64,000 bases of DNA, taken from a virus. The notes under the pieces were generated by a model. That model ran no database searches. It was not told where the DNA came from and saw nothing but the letters and a program-made list of their open reading frames with translations. A program made the translations under genes and the position numbers. The stretch lies in the IMG/VR virus record IMGVR_UViG_3300027419_000023; one strand, 5' to 3'. How positions within the stretch are numbered: position 1 is the stretch's first letter; the number at the start of each line of letters is the position of its first letter. Positions 28,449 to 37,757 of the stretch are shown piece after piece.

Positions 28449-28886
28449 TTAAATAACGTTCTTCTCTTTCCTAGTACGCACTGCTGCTAAATTCGAATAT
28501 CCGTTGATGTCGTCCCAGGCGGACTCATCACCTTGGTCTCCACGAGCAATCCTGAACAACTTATCTACGACGCGAACTATTACTAGAAAATCCTTCATTT
28601 GATCTAGCTTAACACCATCTGGATAAAGTACTTCAAATATTTTATGAGAATTACCAAAACTATCTCCGTATTCAACCTGCTTTCGAGAAACCAATTTTGC
28701 GATTTCCAGAGCAACTTTTTCATATACGGTACCTAAGGGTTTAAGCGGTAACTTCTCTCGGGTCTCGTTATCCGGGCAATTCGCTGTATTCGATACCTGA
28801 CAATTGGTACATAATACCATATGTCCGTTCTGTTGACAACCAGTTATTTCTCCGTCTTTTATTAATATGGCCATAATTTTATTCAC
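28449..28886 (-). CDS. Nucleotide-modification-associated domain protein (Nmad1/DUF1599-like, MazG-like helical fold)
   Basis: K..EYGDSF, RVVDKLFRI, ESAWDDINGY. Confidence 0.7.
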   Translation of the reverse strand: MNKIMAILIKDGEITGCQQNGHMVLCTNCQVSNTANCPDNETREKLPLKPLGTVYEKVALEIAKLVSRKQVEYGDSFGNSHKIFEVLYPDGVKLDQMKDFLVIVRVVDKLFRIARGDQGDESAWDDINGYSNLAAVRTRKEKNVI

Positions 28887-29901
28887 CCCATTTCATTAGG
28901 AACAAATTACTAACGGCTTTCCAGGATAAACGACCATCCGGCATATTAGAGTCTTCTATTTCTTGTAGTGGTCTAAACACTATACCTTCACGTAAAGTAT
29001 CCGAGACGGTTGATTGGCCGTCTGCAAGACTCAGCAAGTCATCCACGGTGTGCTCTAAGGTCAACTTTCCAAGATACGGAACTAAGAAGTCCTTGCCTAG
29101 ACCAAAGGATTCTACTGCATCTTGCATGATATCCCAGTCCAAATACCTATGATTCGTCATGTCCCAGATGTTGAATACTCGGTAATACAGACCTTTCAGC
29201 CCGTATTTATTCTTCTGGATGCCCTCTCCAAAGAGTTCGCCCTGTAACGCAACATTTCCTAGCTGCTTTAGGATTTCCTGGATGTTATGTTCTGTTGCAT
29301 ATCGCCAATAAGCATCTCCATTAAATTTATGGTCGAAATCAGGTGCCAAATCTACGTTCCTAGAACAACAATGTAAACCAGTTTCCGGATCGTTATAATA
29401 ACTTGCGCTAGCGCCATCTAGCTTCTCTGTGAGGTTAAATTCCATGCCTTGATACTTCTCTAGTATCCTGGGAATGTTCTGGATTCGAACTTCGTCGGTT
29501 TTCGGTACAGCTAATCTATGAATTGGGCACCTTACTCGACCACGGAGTTGCACTGGTATCGGAGGTTCGTACTTTGTAATGCCTAGAAGTTCGCTGACGT
29601 CTTCATTTAGGGAATATGATCCTTCCGGCAAAATATCCATAGGGAAGCATATGCCCTGAGAGGTTGTACCACGTAGTCGGCACGTCCGAATCCTGAAGTG
29701 CTTGGACCTCATAAATTCGAATTCAGGCCGATCAGGTAGTAAGGAATCTGGCTCGCAGAATACAACGCTCTCTCCGATATGAAATTGTCCCTTTTTGACT
29801 ACAGATTTCCAGCCGTCAATTTGAGCCAGTTCAATGCTATCAGCATTCTTGATTGGTGTAATTCCTAGAATTTCCTTAACTGATGCCATATGGCGAGTCA
29901 T
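28879..29901 (-). CDS. RNA ligase, DRB0094 (Rnl5-like) family
   Basis: N-terminal ADSIE..GW..VVKKG..EPDS OB domain; TEKLDG, QGELFGEGIQKN, REGIV, KAVSN. Confidence 0.9.
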   Translation of the reverse strand: MTRHMASVKEILGITPIKNADSIELAQIDGWKSVVKKGQFHIGESVVFCEPDSLLPDRPEFEFMRSKHFRIRTCRLRGTTSQGICFPMDILPEGSYSLNEDVSELLGITKYEPPIPVQLRGRVRCPIHRLAVPKTDEVRIQNIPRILEKYQGMEFNLTEKLDGASASYYNDPETGLHCCSRNVDLAPDFDHKFNGDAYWRYATEHNIQEILKQLGNVALQGELFGEGIQKNKYGLKGLYYRVFNIWDMTNHRYLDWDIMQDAVESFGLGKDFLVPYLGKLTLEHTVDDLLSLADGQSTVSDTLREGIVFRPLQEIEDSNMPDGRLSWKAVSNLFLMKWGE

Positions 29902-30167
29902 GTTAATCCCTCCGAAATGAAATTAATGCAGCTTTTGTTACATTCCATTCGGTCATTCATTATCTGTTCGTATTCCCGACACGGAATATTACTGTCATTT
30001 GCCGTGACACAAATAAAGTTTTCCTTGGCTAATTCTAACATAGCCTCCATCACGTTATTTTCGTCTTCAAGTTCTATCAGGAATGCTAGCCATCTATCCA
30101 CATCCTGCTTGAAATCAATACCTTCTGCTAGATCGTAACACTCCCCATCAATGTAACATTTTTCCAT
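29898..30167 (-). CDS. Hypothetical protein
   Basis: GAGG SD; overlaps ligase start by 4 nt. Confidence 0.5.
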   Translation of the reverse strand: MEKCYIDGECYDLAEGIDFKQDVDRWLAFLIELEDENNVMEAMLELAKENFICVTANDSNIPCREYEQIMNDRMECNKSCINFISEGLT

Positions 30168-30168
30168 G

Positions 30169-30612
30169 CTATCGCCTCACTCGGCTTAACGACTGCAAGT
30201 ACTGTTTGCTAGATATCTCATGAGAAAGCCATGCCTTCTTGAGATTAGAAAGAGCTGGTTTAGTTGTAAACTGATCTTTCTGTTTGGATTCTAGCAGTTG
30301 CAACATCTTGATTCCGTAATCCATTGATCCATCTACTCTCCTAGTATACTTGAATATTGATCCCAGGAATTTTATTTTATTTCCTGGCATTATCCGGGAA
30401 TATACTAATGGTACCGCTGGAATCTCTTTTCCAACGGTCATAACTAAGTGATCGGCCACTAATCGATCTTTTAGTTTCACGGCTAACAACAACTTTTGCA
30501 GTGATGGTTTGCTAGCGAATCTTATTCCTCCGTGTCTTCGAAATCCTACATTAGCATCGAAGACGGTATTTCCCGATCCATTTTCGTAAAGTTCCTTGAG
30601 TTCCAGACGCAT
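30169..30612 (-). CDS. Hypothetical OB-fold-like protein
   Basis: LLL.V..VADH.V..G.KI.F.G...Y.R..DYG; GAGG SD. Confidence 0.55.
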   Translation of the reverse strand: MRLELKELYENGSGNTVFDANVGFRRHGGIRFASKPSLQKLLLAVKLKDRLVADHLVMTVGKEIPAVPLVYSRIMPGNKIKFLGSIFKYTRRVDGSMDYGIKMLQLLESKQKDQFTTKPALSNLKKAWLSHEISSKQYLQSLSRVRR

Positions 30613-30703
30613 AATTCAGTCCTCCTCTTCTATACTACATCAAACTAATACTTAAAATTTGTCTTTAAATACTTTTTGGTTGCTAACTTTTTACCCACTT
30701 TTT

Positions 30704-30808
30704 CTACTTACTTTACAGTATATACTTATACTAATATATACTTTATACTACTATATATAGTATATATAATAGTAATATAGTATAATATATAGTAATATAA
30801 GTAAGTAG
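30704..30808. repeat. Imperfect 105-bp AT-rich inverted repeat (candidate replication origin)
   Basis: Arms CTACTTA.. and ..TAAGTAG symmetric about ACTATATATAGT (30750-30761); C-containing left arm, G-containing right arm. Confidence 0.65.
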
Positions 30809-30939
30809 TTAGTGATTATATAGTAATATAGTAGTTATATTGAAAATAAAAATTAGTTTTATATAAGCTAGTATAGAGAAATACCCTATTTTTAGAAATA
30901 GTACTTACCCATAGTGATTCCATGAAAATGACTTTATAG

Positions 30940-31113
30940 TTACCACTCTATACCGGATTTTAAGGCTGCTTTCATTGCAGCAATCTGTCTTGCTTTCCGG
31001 GACTTTCCGGATTTAGACAAGACTTTTACTTTTTCGCCAAAATTATTGATGACGTAGCCAGTACTAGTTACTTGGCCACAATCATCTGAACGGCTTATTC
31101 GATCAATGGTCAT
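30940..31113 (-). CDS. Small basic protein
   Basis: Manual translation MTIDRISRSDD..KSGKSRKARQIAAMKAALKSGIEW; follows 31116 gene. Confidence 0.5.
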   Translation of the reverse strand: MTIDRISRSDDCGQVTSTGYVINNFGEKVKVLSKSGKSRKARQIAAMKAALKSGIEW

Positions 31114-31115
31114 AG

Positions 31116-31424
31116 TTATAAAATTTCAACTAATCGGAATTCAATTCTTGATCCAGCGGGTAGTTCTTTAACTCCTTCAGGCAGCTTCGGACCGATATAT
31201 TGAGCTACGATCATTTTCTCGCCAGAAACCAACTTTACATTAATCCTAGCAAAAGGAATTTCAATACCGATTATACTAGATACTATAGCAGCAATATCTT
31301 TATGCCCTAAGCAAGACTCAAACGGAGCAAAATTTCTTACTTGATCAGCATTTAACGATTTTACATCTATTTGGCATGGAACATCAACCATGCTTAATGC
31401 AAATGCATTACCAATTTTAGTCAT
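31116..31424 (-). CDS. STIV B116-like (DUF1874) protein
   Basis: NAFALSM, SCLGH..IA, R.NV.L..G, VAQY.GP.LPEG. Confidence 0.8.
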   Translation of the reverse strand: MTKIGNAFALSMVDVPCQIDVKSLNADQVRNFAPFESCLGHKDIAAIVSSIIGIEIPFARINVKLVSGEKMIVAQYIGPKLPEGVKELPAGSRIEFRLVEIL

Positions 31425-31452
31425 TTCATTTCACTCCATATATTAGTAGTAC

Positions 31453-31863
31453 TTATAAGTTAATATAGTTTTTGGTTGCCGGAGCTAAGAAAACTCCAGT
31501 AGCTTCGTATGGTTTACATGCCCTAGGACATGTATTCTGAGCTTGGGCTAGTAAGGCTCCTCCTTGTTCTCGGATCGCAGAAAAGCATACATTCTTTGTT
31601 TTCTTATTCGACGAGATATATTCCTCTGCGATGATAATTATCTCGTCGTCTACCGCATCATCTGGATTCGCTTTTACCATTACTAGATTGTTATCTTGGA
31701 TAGTTATTGCTGCGGCTAGTAACTTATCGCTTCCGATTATCGTAGTGATATTGTAGGAGGTATCACGTCCAGGACGACTTATGAAGCCGCATTCTGGAAC
31801 CTCAAATCCGGGTTTGATAATGTTACCTTTTTGATGGAAAACCCTTCTCACTGTAGGTTTCAT
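31453..31863 (-). CDS. Hypothetical protein
   Basis: Coupled to 31860..32378. Confidence 0.55.
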   Translation of the reverse strand: MKPTVRRVFHQKGNIIKPGFEVPECGFISRPGRDTSYNITTIIGSDKLLAAAITIQDNNLVMVKANPDDAVDDEIIIIAEEYISSNKKTKNVCFSAIREQGGALLAQAQNTCPRACKPYEATGVFLAPATKNYINL

Positions 31864-32378
31864 AACCATTCAACCTCCGTTGGATTAGCCTTTATGGCTT
31901 CGATGCTCTTCCTGGCTTTTCTTTCCGCTACGGATTCCATGACTAGTTTTCCTTTAGAGACTCTATACCAATGACTAGTATATTTTGAGTTTAGCCGAAA
32001 CTCCGCAAACGGAGCCAGAATCGCTAGTATCATCTCCCCACCGTTTATACGTCCGGCTTGTCCGAAAGCAACAGACCCAGATTCGATGTCAGCTACTCCG
32101 GAATCATCGAATAGCCCGTACGATCTATGACGGTCATACTGTCCTACTGTATTAATGATGGCTAATATTCTATCATCATTGTCATCGTGGTTAGATAGGG
32201 CTATCACTATTCCTTCCTTAGTCTTTCCTACTTTTGCAAAGGGACCTTCCCCAATTACTGGTATTTTCGATAGGCTTCGACCTCTACCAGATTCTCCAAG
32301 CTCAAGGAAACCATCTTCCATTACTGGAAGTCCTTCTTCTGGAACACTTCCGGGACTTCGTATCATATATGTTTTCAT
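31860..32378 (-). CDS. Hypothetical protein
   Basis: GGTGA SD; LGE.GRGR motif; cassette promoter. Confidence 0.6.
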   Translation of the reverse strand: MKTYMIRSPGSVPEEGLPVMEDGFLELGESGRGRSLSKIPVIGEGPFAKVGKTKEGIVIALSNHDDNDDRILAIINTVGQYDRHRSYGLFDDSGVADIESGSVAFGQAGRINGGEMILAILAPFAEFRLNSKYTSHWYRVSKGKLVMESVAERKARKSIEAIKANPTEVEWL

Positions 32379-32393
32379 CTGTATTTCACCTTC

Positions 32394-32435
32394 AAGTACT
32401 AATAGTACGTTCGAGAATAAATAGTTTACGGTCCG
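32394..32435 (-). promoter_or_regulatory. Promoter cassette: BRE-TATA plus AGTACTAATAGTAC quasi-palindrome at the start site
   Basis: 23 nt (AGAATAAATAGTTTACGGTCCGA) identical to 24733-24755; divergent plus-strand promoter at 32441-32458. Confidence 0.7.
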
Positions 32436-32491
32436 ATCCCGACCAAAACTTATAAATACATTGACTACTAATAAGTCTTCGGAGGTAAATT

Positions 32492-32713
32492 ATGCCAAAC
32501 ATGATTAAGATATGGCCTTGGGAACAAGCACCTAAGAAGTATAAGAAACTCTCGAAACTCGGAGGAGACGAAGACTGGGTAGTTTACGTTCCAGGAGAGT
32601 ACAAGAACCAAGTTGATATTTCCCAATGGATCCAGGCTATAGACATGCTAGGTGAACCAATAGAAGTCATGTTGGAAAGTGGAGACTACATTTATATTGG
32701 CGGACATGCATGA
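32492..32713 (+). CDS. Hypothetical protein
   Basis: GGAGGT SD; W..AP..Y..LS..GGDEDW. Confidence 0.65.
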   Translation: MPNMIKIWPWEQAPKKYKKLSKLGGDEDWVVYVPGEYKNQVDISQWIQAIDMLGEPIEVMLESGDYIYIGGHA

Positions 32714-32898
32714 ATAACTATATTAGTAGTTTTATTTTATTTTTTGGAAACATGTTATTAATATTTATATTACTATTAATAATTGCTTATATGTTAGTAT
32801 ATCGAGGTACAACCAATCAGATTTATATACTTGCGATGTTATATACTCCATTATTACATGATCTAATATTCGGATCACCTTGGGAGGAATTCTCATAG
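32710..32898 (+). CDS. Small membrane protein
   Basis: ATGA overlap; hydrophobic. Confidence 0.5.
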   Translation: MNNYISSFILFFGNMLLIFILLLIIAYMLVYRGTTNQIYILAMLYTPLLHDLIFGSPWEEFS

Positions 32899-32904
32899 AA
32901 GACC

Positions 32905-33258
32905 ATACCACTCCATATCGTTAAGTTAGCTGAAAAATTAGCCGAAAAAAGTACAATGAAATATCGGTTGTCAGCTGTCATATTCGACAATAAATTTCGG
33001 GTCATAAATACGGGGTATAACCGATGGCTACTAATTGGACACCGCGAGAAAATTCCGTTCAAAACGTCAATTCACGCGGAAGCTGACGCAATAATCGGTA
33101 CATCTCGTCAAGATCTTCATGGAAGTTCAATACTAGTTTTCCGGCATAACTACGGTCTTGCAAAACCGTGTCATTGTTGCGAGAATTTAATTATGGTTAG
33201 TGGCATTAAAAATATATTCTATAGCAACGGAAACGGATGTATAGAAAAGATGAAATAA
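32905..33258 (+). CDS. Cytidine/dCMP deaminase-like zinc protein
   Basis: TGYN, HAE, PCHCC; N-terminal helix (LAEKLAEKS) lies upstream of ATG 32956, so the start is probably ATA 32905. Confidence 0.8.
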   Translation: MPLHIVKLAEKLAEKSTMKYRLSAVIFDNKFRVINTGYNRWLLIGHREKIPFKTSIHAEADAIIGTSRQDLHGSSILVFRHNYGLAKPCHCCENLIMVSGIKNIFYSNGNGCIEKMK

Positions 33259-33278
33259 TTATGTAAATAAAAATATTA

Positions 33279-33722
33279 TTAATTTTTGACCCAACTAGAT
33301 TTGATAATCACTTTTTTCTTTTCATAGCTCGGTCTTGCAATATTTCTCTGTATAATTGGTTGAATAGTTTTAACATTCGAATCTTCCCGTATGGCTTCTT
33401 TATCTTCCCAGGTCATATGACGTTGCCAGTACGGGTCGAAAAAGTCTTCAAGCTTGACATTTGGTATAAATATTCGGTACTTTCTATAATAACAATCGTA
33501 ATAGGCGTCTATGCCGTCCATAAAATACTTGGAACGAAATTCATCTTCTTCCATTGCTCGATGAGCATACTTTACCAATATCGAGTTATGATAGTACATG
33601 AATCCGTTCATTACTTCGTCCTCTGCCCATATTTGGCTGGAATCTTTATGAGATGCTGCAAAATGTAGTATTGAAATCTCTTCCCAAAATTCCGATTTTT
33701 TCTTAGCTATATCGTCTTCCAT
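33279..33722 (-). CDS. Hypothetical protein (probably leaderless)
   Basis: BRE/TATA at 33741-33761. Confidence 0.55.
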   Translation of the reverse strand: MEDDIAKKKSEFWEEISILHFAASHKDSSQIWAEDEVMNGFMYYHNSILVKYAHRAMEEDEFRSKYFMDGIDAYYDCYYRKYRIFIPNVKLEDFFDPYWQRHMTWEDKEAIREDSNVKTIQPIIQRNIARPSYEKKKVIIKSSWVKN

Positions 33723-33820
33723 GTTGGTTAGTTAAGTTACTAGATTTAAATACTTTTTGGTAGCATTTCGACCAAAAGCTTTATATACTAGAAGTACTAA
33801 TTATACTTTGCCCAACACCA

Positions 33821-33872
33821 CACTCAACGAGAAAGGAAAGTTTCATCACCTTCTTTCCTTTTTCTGAAAGTG
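33821..33872 (+). promoter_or_regulatory. Structured 5' leader of hsp20 (12-bp hairpin)
   Basis: GAGAAAGGAAAG (33829-40) pairs with CTTTCCTTTTTC (33853-64); outer CACT/AGTG. Confidence 0.5.
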
Positions 33873-33889
33873 AAGAGAGGCGCGAGAGT

Positions 33890-34234
33890 ATGCAGAGAAG
33901 AATGATTTCAAATATTTTAGACGACTTTTTGAACAGTTTTGTGGAATACCCGGTCTATTACATCTCTATGCCGGAGATCCGGTCAGATATTAGGAAAACA
34001 AAAGACGGTTTCGAACTTGATTTACCGGGCTTCGAAAAAGAACAGATCGAAGTTTCGATAAAGTCCGGAACCCTGCATGTGGAAGCTAAGTCTAAGGACC
34101 GTACCGTAACCCGGATGGTTTCGATATCCAAAATAGTGAATCCAGAAGATGTTAAAGCCCAGTACAGAAATGGCGTGCTTACGATAGCTATTACTAGTAA
34201 TGAAGTTCTGGAAAAGAAAATAGAAATAGAGTGA
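33890..34234 (+). CDS. Small heat-shock protein (Hsp20/alpha-crystallin)
   Basis: DLPGFEKEQIEV, AQYRNGVLTI, KKIEIE. Confidence 0.92.
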   Translation: MQRRMISNILDDFLNSFVEYPVYYISMPEIRSDIRKTKDGFELDLPGFEKEQIEVSIKSGTLHVEAKSKDRTVTRMVSISKIVNPEDVKAQYRNGVLTIAITSNEVLEKKIEIE

Positions 34235-34280
34235 GTAACTTTTTTAAACAAATTTTTAAAAAAATAACCTTTTTCCTTTT

Positions 34281-34613
34281 TTAACAGCCTCGATTCAAGA
34301 TACCATTAATTAACGTGTATTCCGGACATATAATACCCTGGATACAAGATATAGCTAATACGCAAAGGAAACCTATTACGAGAAAGGTCAAGAAGCCAAA
34401 TCCCATTGCTGCACCTTCTTTTTCGTTTGGTTCTTTTGCGTATACATACGAGCTAACTATTATAGTAGCAAATATCGTAACGGCAAGTCCAATTAAGTTC
34501 AATTCATTGGATACTATTGTACCTTGGACCATATAATTGAATCCAGAACCTGCGGCGTTCTTAATTTCTTGTAGCACGGTTTGTGCTAGCTGAACTTCCG
34601 AGTCGTTGAACAT
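34281..34613 (-). CDS. Membrane protein (2 TM)
   Basis: Two hydrophobic helices; C-terminal PEY. Confidence 0.6.
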   Translation of the reverse strand: MFNDSEVQLAQTVLQEIKNAAGSGFNYMVQGTIVSNELNLIGLAVTIFATIIVSSYVYAKEPNEKEGAAMGFGFLTFLVIGFLCVLAISCIQGIICPEYTLINGILNRGC

Positions 34614-34634
34614 ACTTAAATACCTCGCTATACC

Positions 34635-34994
34635 CTATTTTACTGCAATGTTATATAGTTTTTGATTTTCGATGCAATGCTTGATGAATTCCTCTTGGCT
34701 ATCACATTCGTATATTTTTTTGGAATAATATTCGGATTGAAAATGCATTGCTCTATCAACTGAATACTGCTGGTATTTGTCCTCGAAAGCACTCCCGCGT
34801 AGAACCACTATATTATTATTATCTATAGTCGATACACTGAAAAATCCATACTTATAGTATCCAAATTTATTCAGGTATAGTTGTTCAGTGAATGGATCAA
34901 AGTCACTTCTAAAATGAGCTACTAGAAAGTAAATTTTATTACTATTCAATACGTTTAGAGTTCCATCTGGATTTAGGGTAATTTCTCTTATCAC
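34635..34994 (-). CDS. Hypothetical protein, paralogue of 35469..35846
   Basis: Shared LNPDGTLN, YGF, KYQQYSV, YE..SQEEF. Confidence 0.65.
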   Translation of the reverse strand: MIREITLNPDGTLNVLNSNKIYFLVAHFRSDFDPFTEQLYLNKFGYYKYGFFSVSTIDNNNIVVLRGSAFEDKYQQYSVDRAMHFQSEYYSKKIYECDSQEEFIKHCIENQKLYNIAVK

Positions 34995-34999
34995 GGTAA

Positions 35000-35284
35000 T
35001 CACCTCTTCTTCTTGCTAATTATTTTTGGGTTCAATATTTTTGCCTTTACGGTAGCATGCTCTATATGACCTTCTGATAACACGAGTTCTGTGCCGAAAC
35101 GGCCTTTATGTTTTATGCTACGTGTCGAAATCAATCCAGCGGCTTTAAGTTCCTGGATGGCGGCTATAGTTCTGTCCGTCTCCTCAAACGACAATGCTTC
35201 AATTAGGTCGTCGACTACCACTGGGCCAGTCTTATTTTTCCTCTGAATTTTTGACAGTAGCCTATCGGCATACTCCGTAGTCAT
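35000..35284 (-). CDS. Winged-HTH-like basic protein
   Basis: AIQELKAAGLI..R. Confidence 0.55.
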   Translation of the reverse strand: MTTEYADRLLSKIQRKNKTGPVVVDDLIEALSFEETDRTIAAIQELKAAGLISTRSIKHKGRFGTELVLSEGHIEHATVKAKILNPKIISKKKR

Positions 35285-35468
35285 TTAAGTACCTCGACCC
35301 ATGCTGACTTTATGCACGATACGCTATTCGAGTTGATTAGGTCCGTGCATCTCCGTACGCTACTGTAAAAGAACGGAGATCTCCAGACTTTACCATTGAA
35401 CAGAATTGCGATGCGATACTTCATAATGTTACCTCCTTGTATCTAATTATAGGTATTCGCGGCTTGGT

Positions 35469-35846
35469 TTAAATATCTTTTGGTTGGTCTTCGTGAGATT
35501 TAGTAGATTTGTACCAGGCTACGAATTCTTCTTGGCTTTCGAATTCATATACGGATGTTTTAATGACCGAATCAGCCATTTTCAATATCCTTTGCACGGA
35601 GTATTGCTGATATTTTGAGCTGGCTAACGTAAAAACGTAACTATTATGAATTCTATCGTCTGAACTTAGTTGAAAACGAACAAATCCATAACGATCTTCG
35701 TACGGAATTTTTGTATTGATATAGTAAGATGGTTTAGTGCACGATCCACTTGGCAGTATAACATATGAAACTAAAAGGTATAATTTATTCTCGGTATTTA
35801 ATATGTTGAGAGTTCCATCCGGGTTCAAAGAAAGTTGTCTCATCAA
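35469..35846 (-). CDS. Hypothetical protein, paralogue of 34635..34994
   Basis: Shared LNPDGTLN, YGF, KYQQYSV, YE..SQEEF. Confidence 0.65.
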   Translation of the reverse strand: MMRQLSLNPDGTLNILNTENKLYLLVSYVILPSGSCTKPSYYINTKIPYEDRYGFVRFQLSSDDRIHNSYVFTLASSKYQQYSVQRILKMADSVIKTSVYEFESQEEFVAWYKSTKSHEDQPKDI

Positions 35847-36301
35847 TGGTCACCTTGCGGCATAGGGAAACTAGTATTCCAGGTACTTGATATATTTCCT
35901 GTACTATAAGTATGATAATAGTTAGGTGCAACAGTCCAACCATTTGATGTAGGAGGAACTTGAATAACAACAGCTGTCTGCAATTCTTCTATTGGTATAG
36001 GTATCGAACTTTTTCCTACGGTAATTACAACGAAATGTATATCTATCTTGCCGCTTGATAATGCCACTTGAAATGGTAACGTATTCATGCGGCATTTTTG
36101 ATAATATTGTTTTAGATTGTCGCTAACTATACTAAAGTAATGTCTTTCCAACAATTTTTCTTCGATTTCTTGGTACGATTCCAAGGATAATTTAAATGTC
36201 CCGGATATTTCTAGTGTCATGAAATTGTTATTTGTAACAAGACTAATTAATTCAATGCTATAATCTTTAATATAATTGTCGAATATGATTTTCAAGGTCA
36301 A
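35843..36301 (-). CDS. Hypothetical protein
   Basis: GGAGGT SD; promoter at about 36333-36349. Confidence 0.55.
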   Translation of the reverse strand: MTLKIIFDNYIKDYSIELISLVTNNNFMTLEISGTFKLSLESYQEIEEKLLERHYFSIVSDNLKQYYQKCRMNTLPFQVALSSGKIDIHFVVITVGKSSIPIPIEELQTAVVIQVPPTSNGWTVAPNYYHTYSTGNISSTWNTSFPMPQGDH

Positions 36302-36348
36302 TACCTCCTAAAAAGTTTATAAGAAATCTAACTATAAATACATTTTGG

Positions 36349-37725
36349 TTATACAAGTACGGCATCGCTTACAGGTATGAGCATAGTATTGAGAAGGGCA
36401 GTATGCCTACACCCTCCGAAATCCCGTATACCTGAGCAATACCAAGGAATGCAGGCCTTAAGAGCTTTACCGAACGGCACAACATGCAACGGGTCAATAT
36501 GGTTCAAGACGCAAAACTTTCTATATTCATGATAGATACGTTCTTTGGCCACACATTCATCAGCGACTTCTTTGATATGTAACTCTACGAATGTATTGAT
36601 AGGATCGGACTGTTTCTTGTACTGGTCTTTTGCGGTAGCAACCTCGAAACTATTAGAGAATCTACCGCGTTCCAGTAGAGGCTCTAAGTAGGGCAGGACA
36701 ATATTTAGAAGACCACTCAATTCCTTAGGATTCGTTACTTGTTCTAGGATGTTTACACCGTCTGCCTTTTCTTGCTCGGAAAATATATGTTCGAACGGTA
36801 AAATTTCAATGCGCCTGTAAAATCCTGAAGTATCGTCTTTGACCCTAGCTAACTTATTCGCAGCGAAAATAATTTTAGCGAAGTTAACAAAATCAAAGGC
36901 TCGTTCCCCTTTGCGTTGGGCCCTAATAGTATCCTTGTTTGAGGTCAACATTTTCAGTACGTTAACGTTCGGTAAGGTATGTTGAGCTAGGTCACCGTTC
37001 TCGTTGAGTAATTTATTGTGTAGGTCACTGCTGGCAAATCTATCTTCCTCTAGATCGTGCATGCTAACAGAGCTAACGTTTTCGTCGCTTAACATAGCTC
37101 GGATAATGTCGATGAAGTGTGATTTACCTGTGCCACCAGGACCAAGTAGAATAAACGCTTTCTGGATTGGGTACTCCCTGTACAGACAATACGCGATGAA
37201 CTCCAACGCTTTCTGGAAATCTTCCTTACGTAAGATCTTGTCGAAAACGCCGAGTATTATTGGACACGTGGCATCAGGATCGTAGTTGACGTTGAGCTGT
37301 ATGCGGCTATAATATTCCGGAGTATGCTCTATGAATTCTCCAGTCTGCCAGTTCAGTAGGCCATTCAAACAATTTATGATCTCGATACGGCTGTCGAATA
37401 CCTTGTCTTCGTTGTAGGTGAGGCCTTTTATTATGCCGACAACTTCCTTGAGGACGTTAGAGTTGTAAGCTGTCTGGCCATTCTGTTTATGCCATGGCGC
37501 TAGGATCGTGACCAATACTTTATGGATGATTTCGAGACCGTTGGGTACATAATGTCCGCGAATATACGTGTAAATTTCGCCGGTTTCCACGACGGTAACC
37601 ATTGGTAAGTGTTCCAGGATTTTCATGGCTAACGAATGATGGTTAACGGAGATTACTTCGTTGGTTTTAGGATTAAGTTCCAGGCAGGGTTTAATTTCTT
37701 CTTCGGTAAAATCTGACATGCTCAT
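36349..37725 (-). CDS. D5/P4-family SF3 helicase (D5_N + ATPase + wHTH), no primase domain
   Basis: NCLNGLL..H.P, YDP.A.CP, GPGGTGKS, IRAQRK, FAANK, GFYRR. Confidence 0.9.
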   Translation of the reverse strand: MSMSDFTEEEIKPCLELNPKTNEVISVNHHSLAMKILEHLPMVTVVETGEIYTYIRGHYVPNGLEIIHKVLVTILAPWHKQNGQTAYNSNVLKEVVGIIKGLTYNEDKVFDSRIEIINCLNGLLNWQTGEFIEHTPEYYSRIQLNVNYDPDATCPIILGVFDKILRKEDFQKALEFIAYCLYREYPIQKAFILLGPGGTGKSHFIDIIRAMLSDENVSSVSMHDLEEDRFASSDLHNKLLNENGDLAQHTLPNVNVLKMLTSNKDTIRAQRKGERAFDFVNFAKIIFAANKLARVKDDTSGFYRRIEILPFEHIFSEQEKADGVNILEQVTNPKELSGLLNIVLPYLEPLLERGRFSNSFEVATAKDQYKKQSDPINTFVELHIKEVADECVAKERIYHEYRKFCVLNHIDPLHVVPFGKALKACIPWYCSGIRDFGGCRHTALLNTMLIPVSDAVLV

Positions 37726-37757
37726 TTTAAGTGACTCCAAAGGTATATATATTATTT

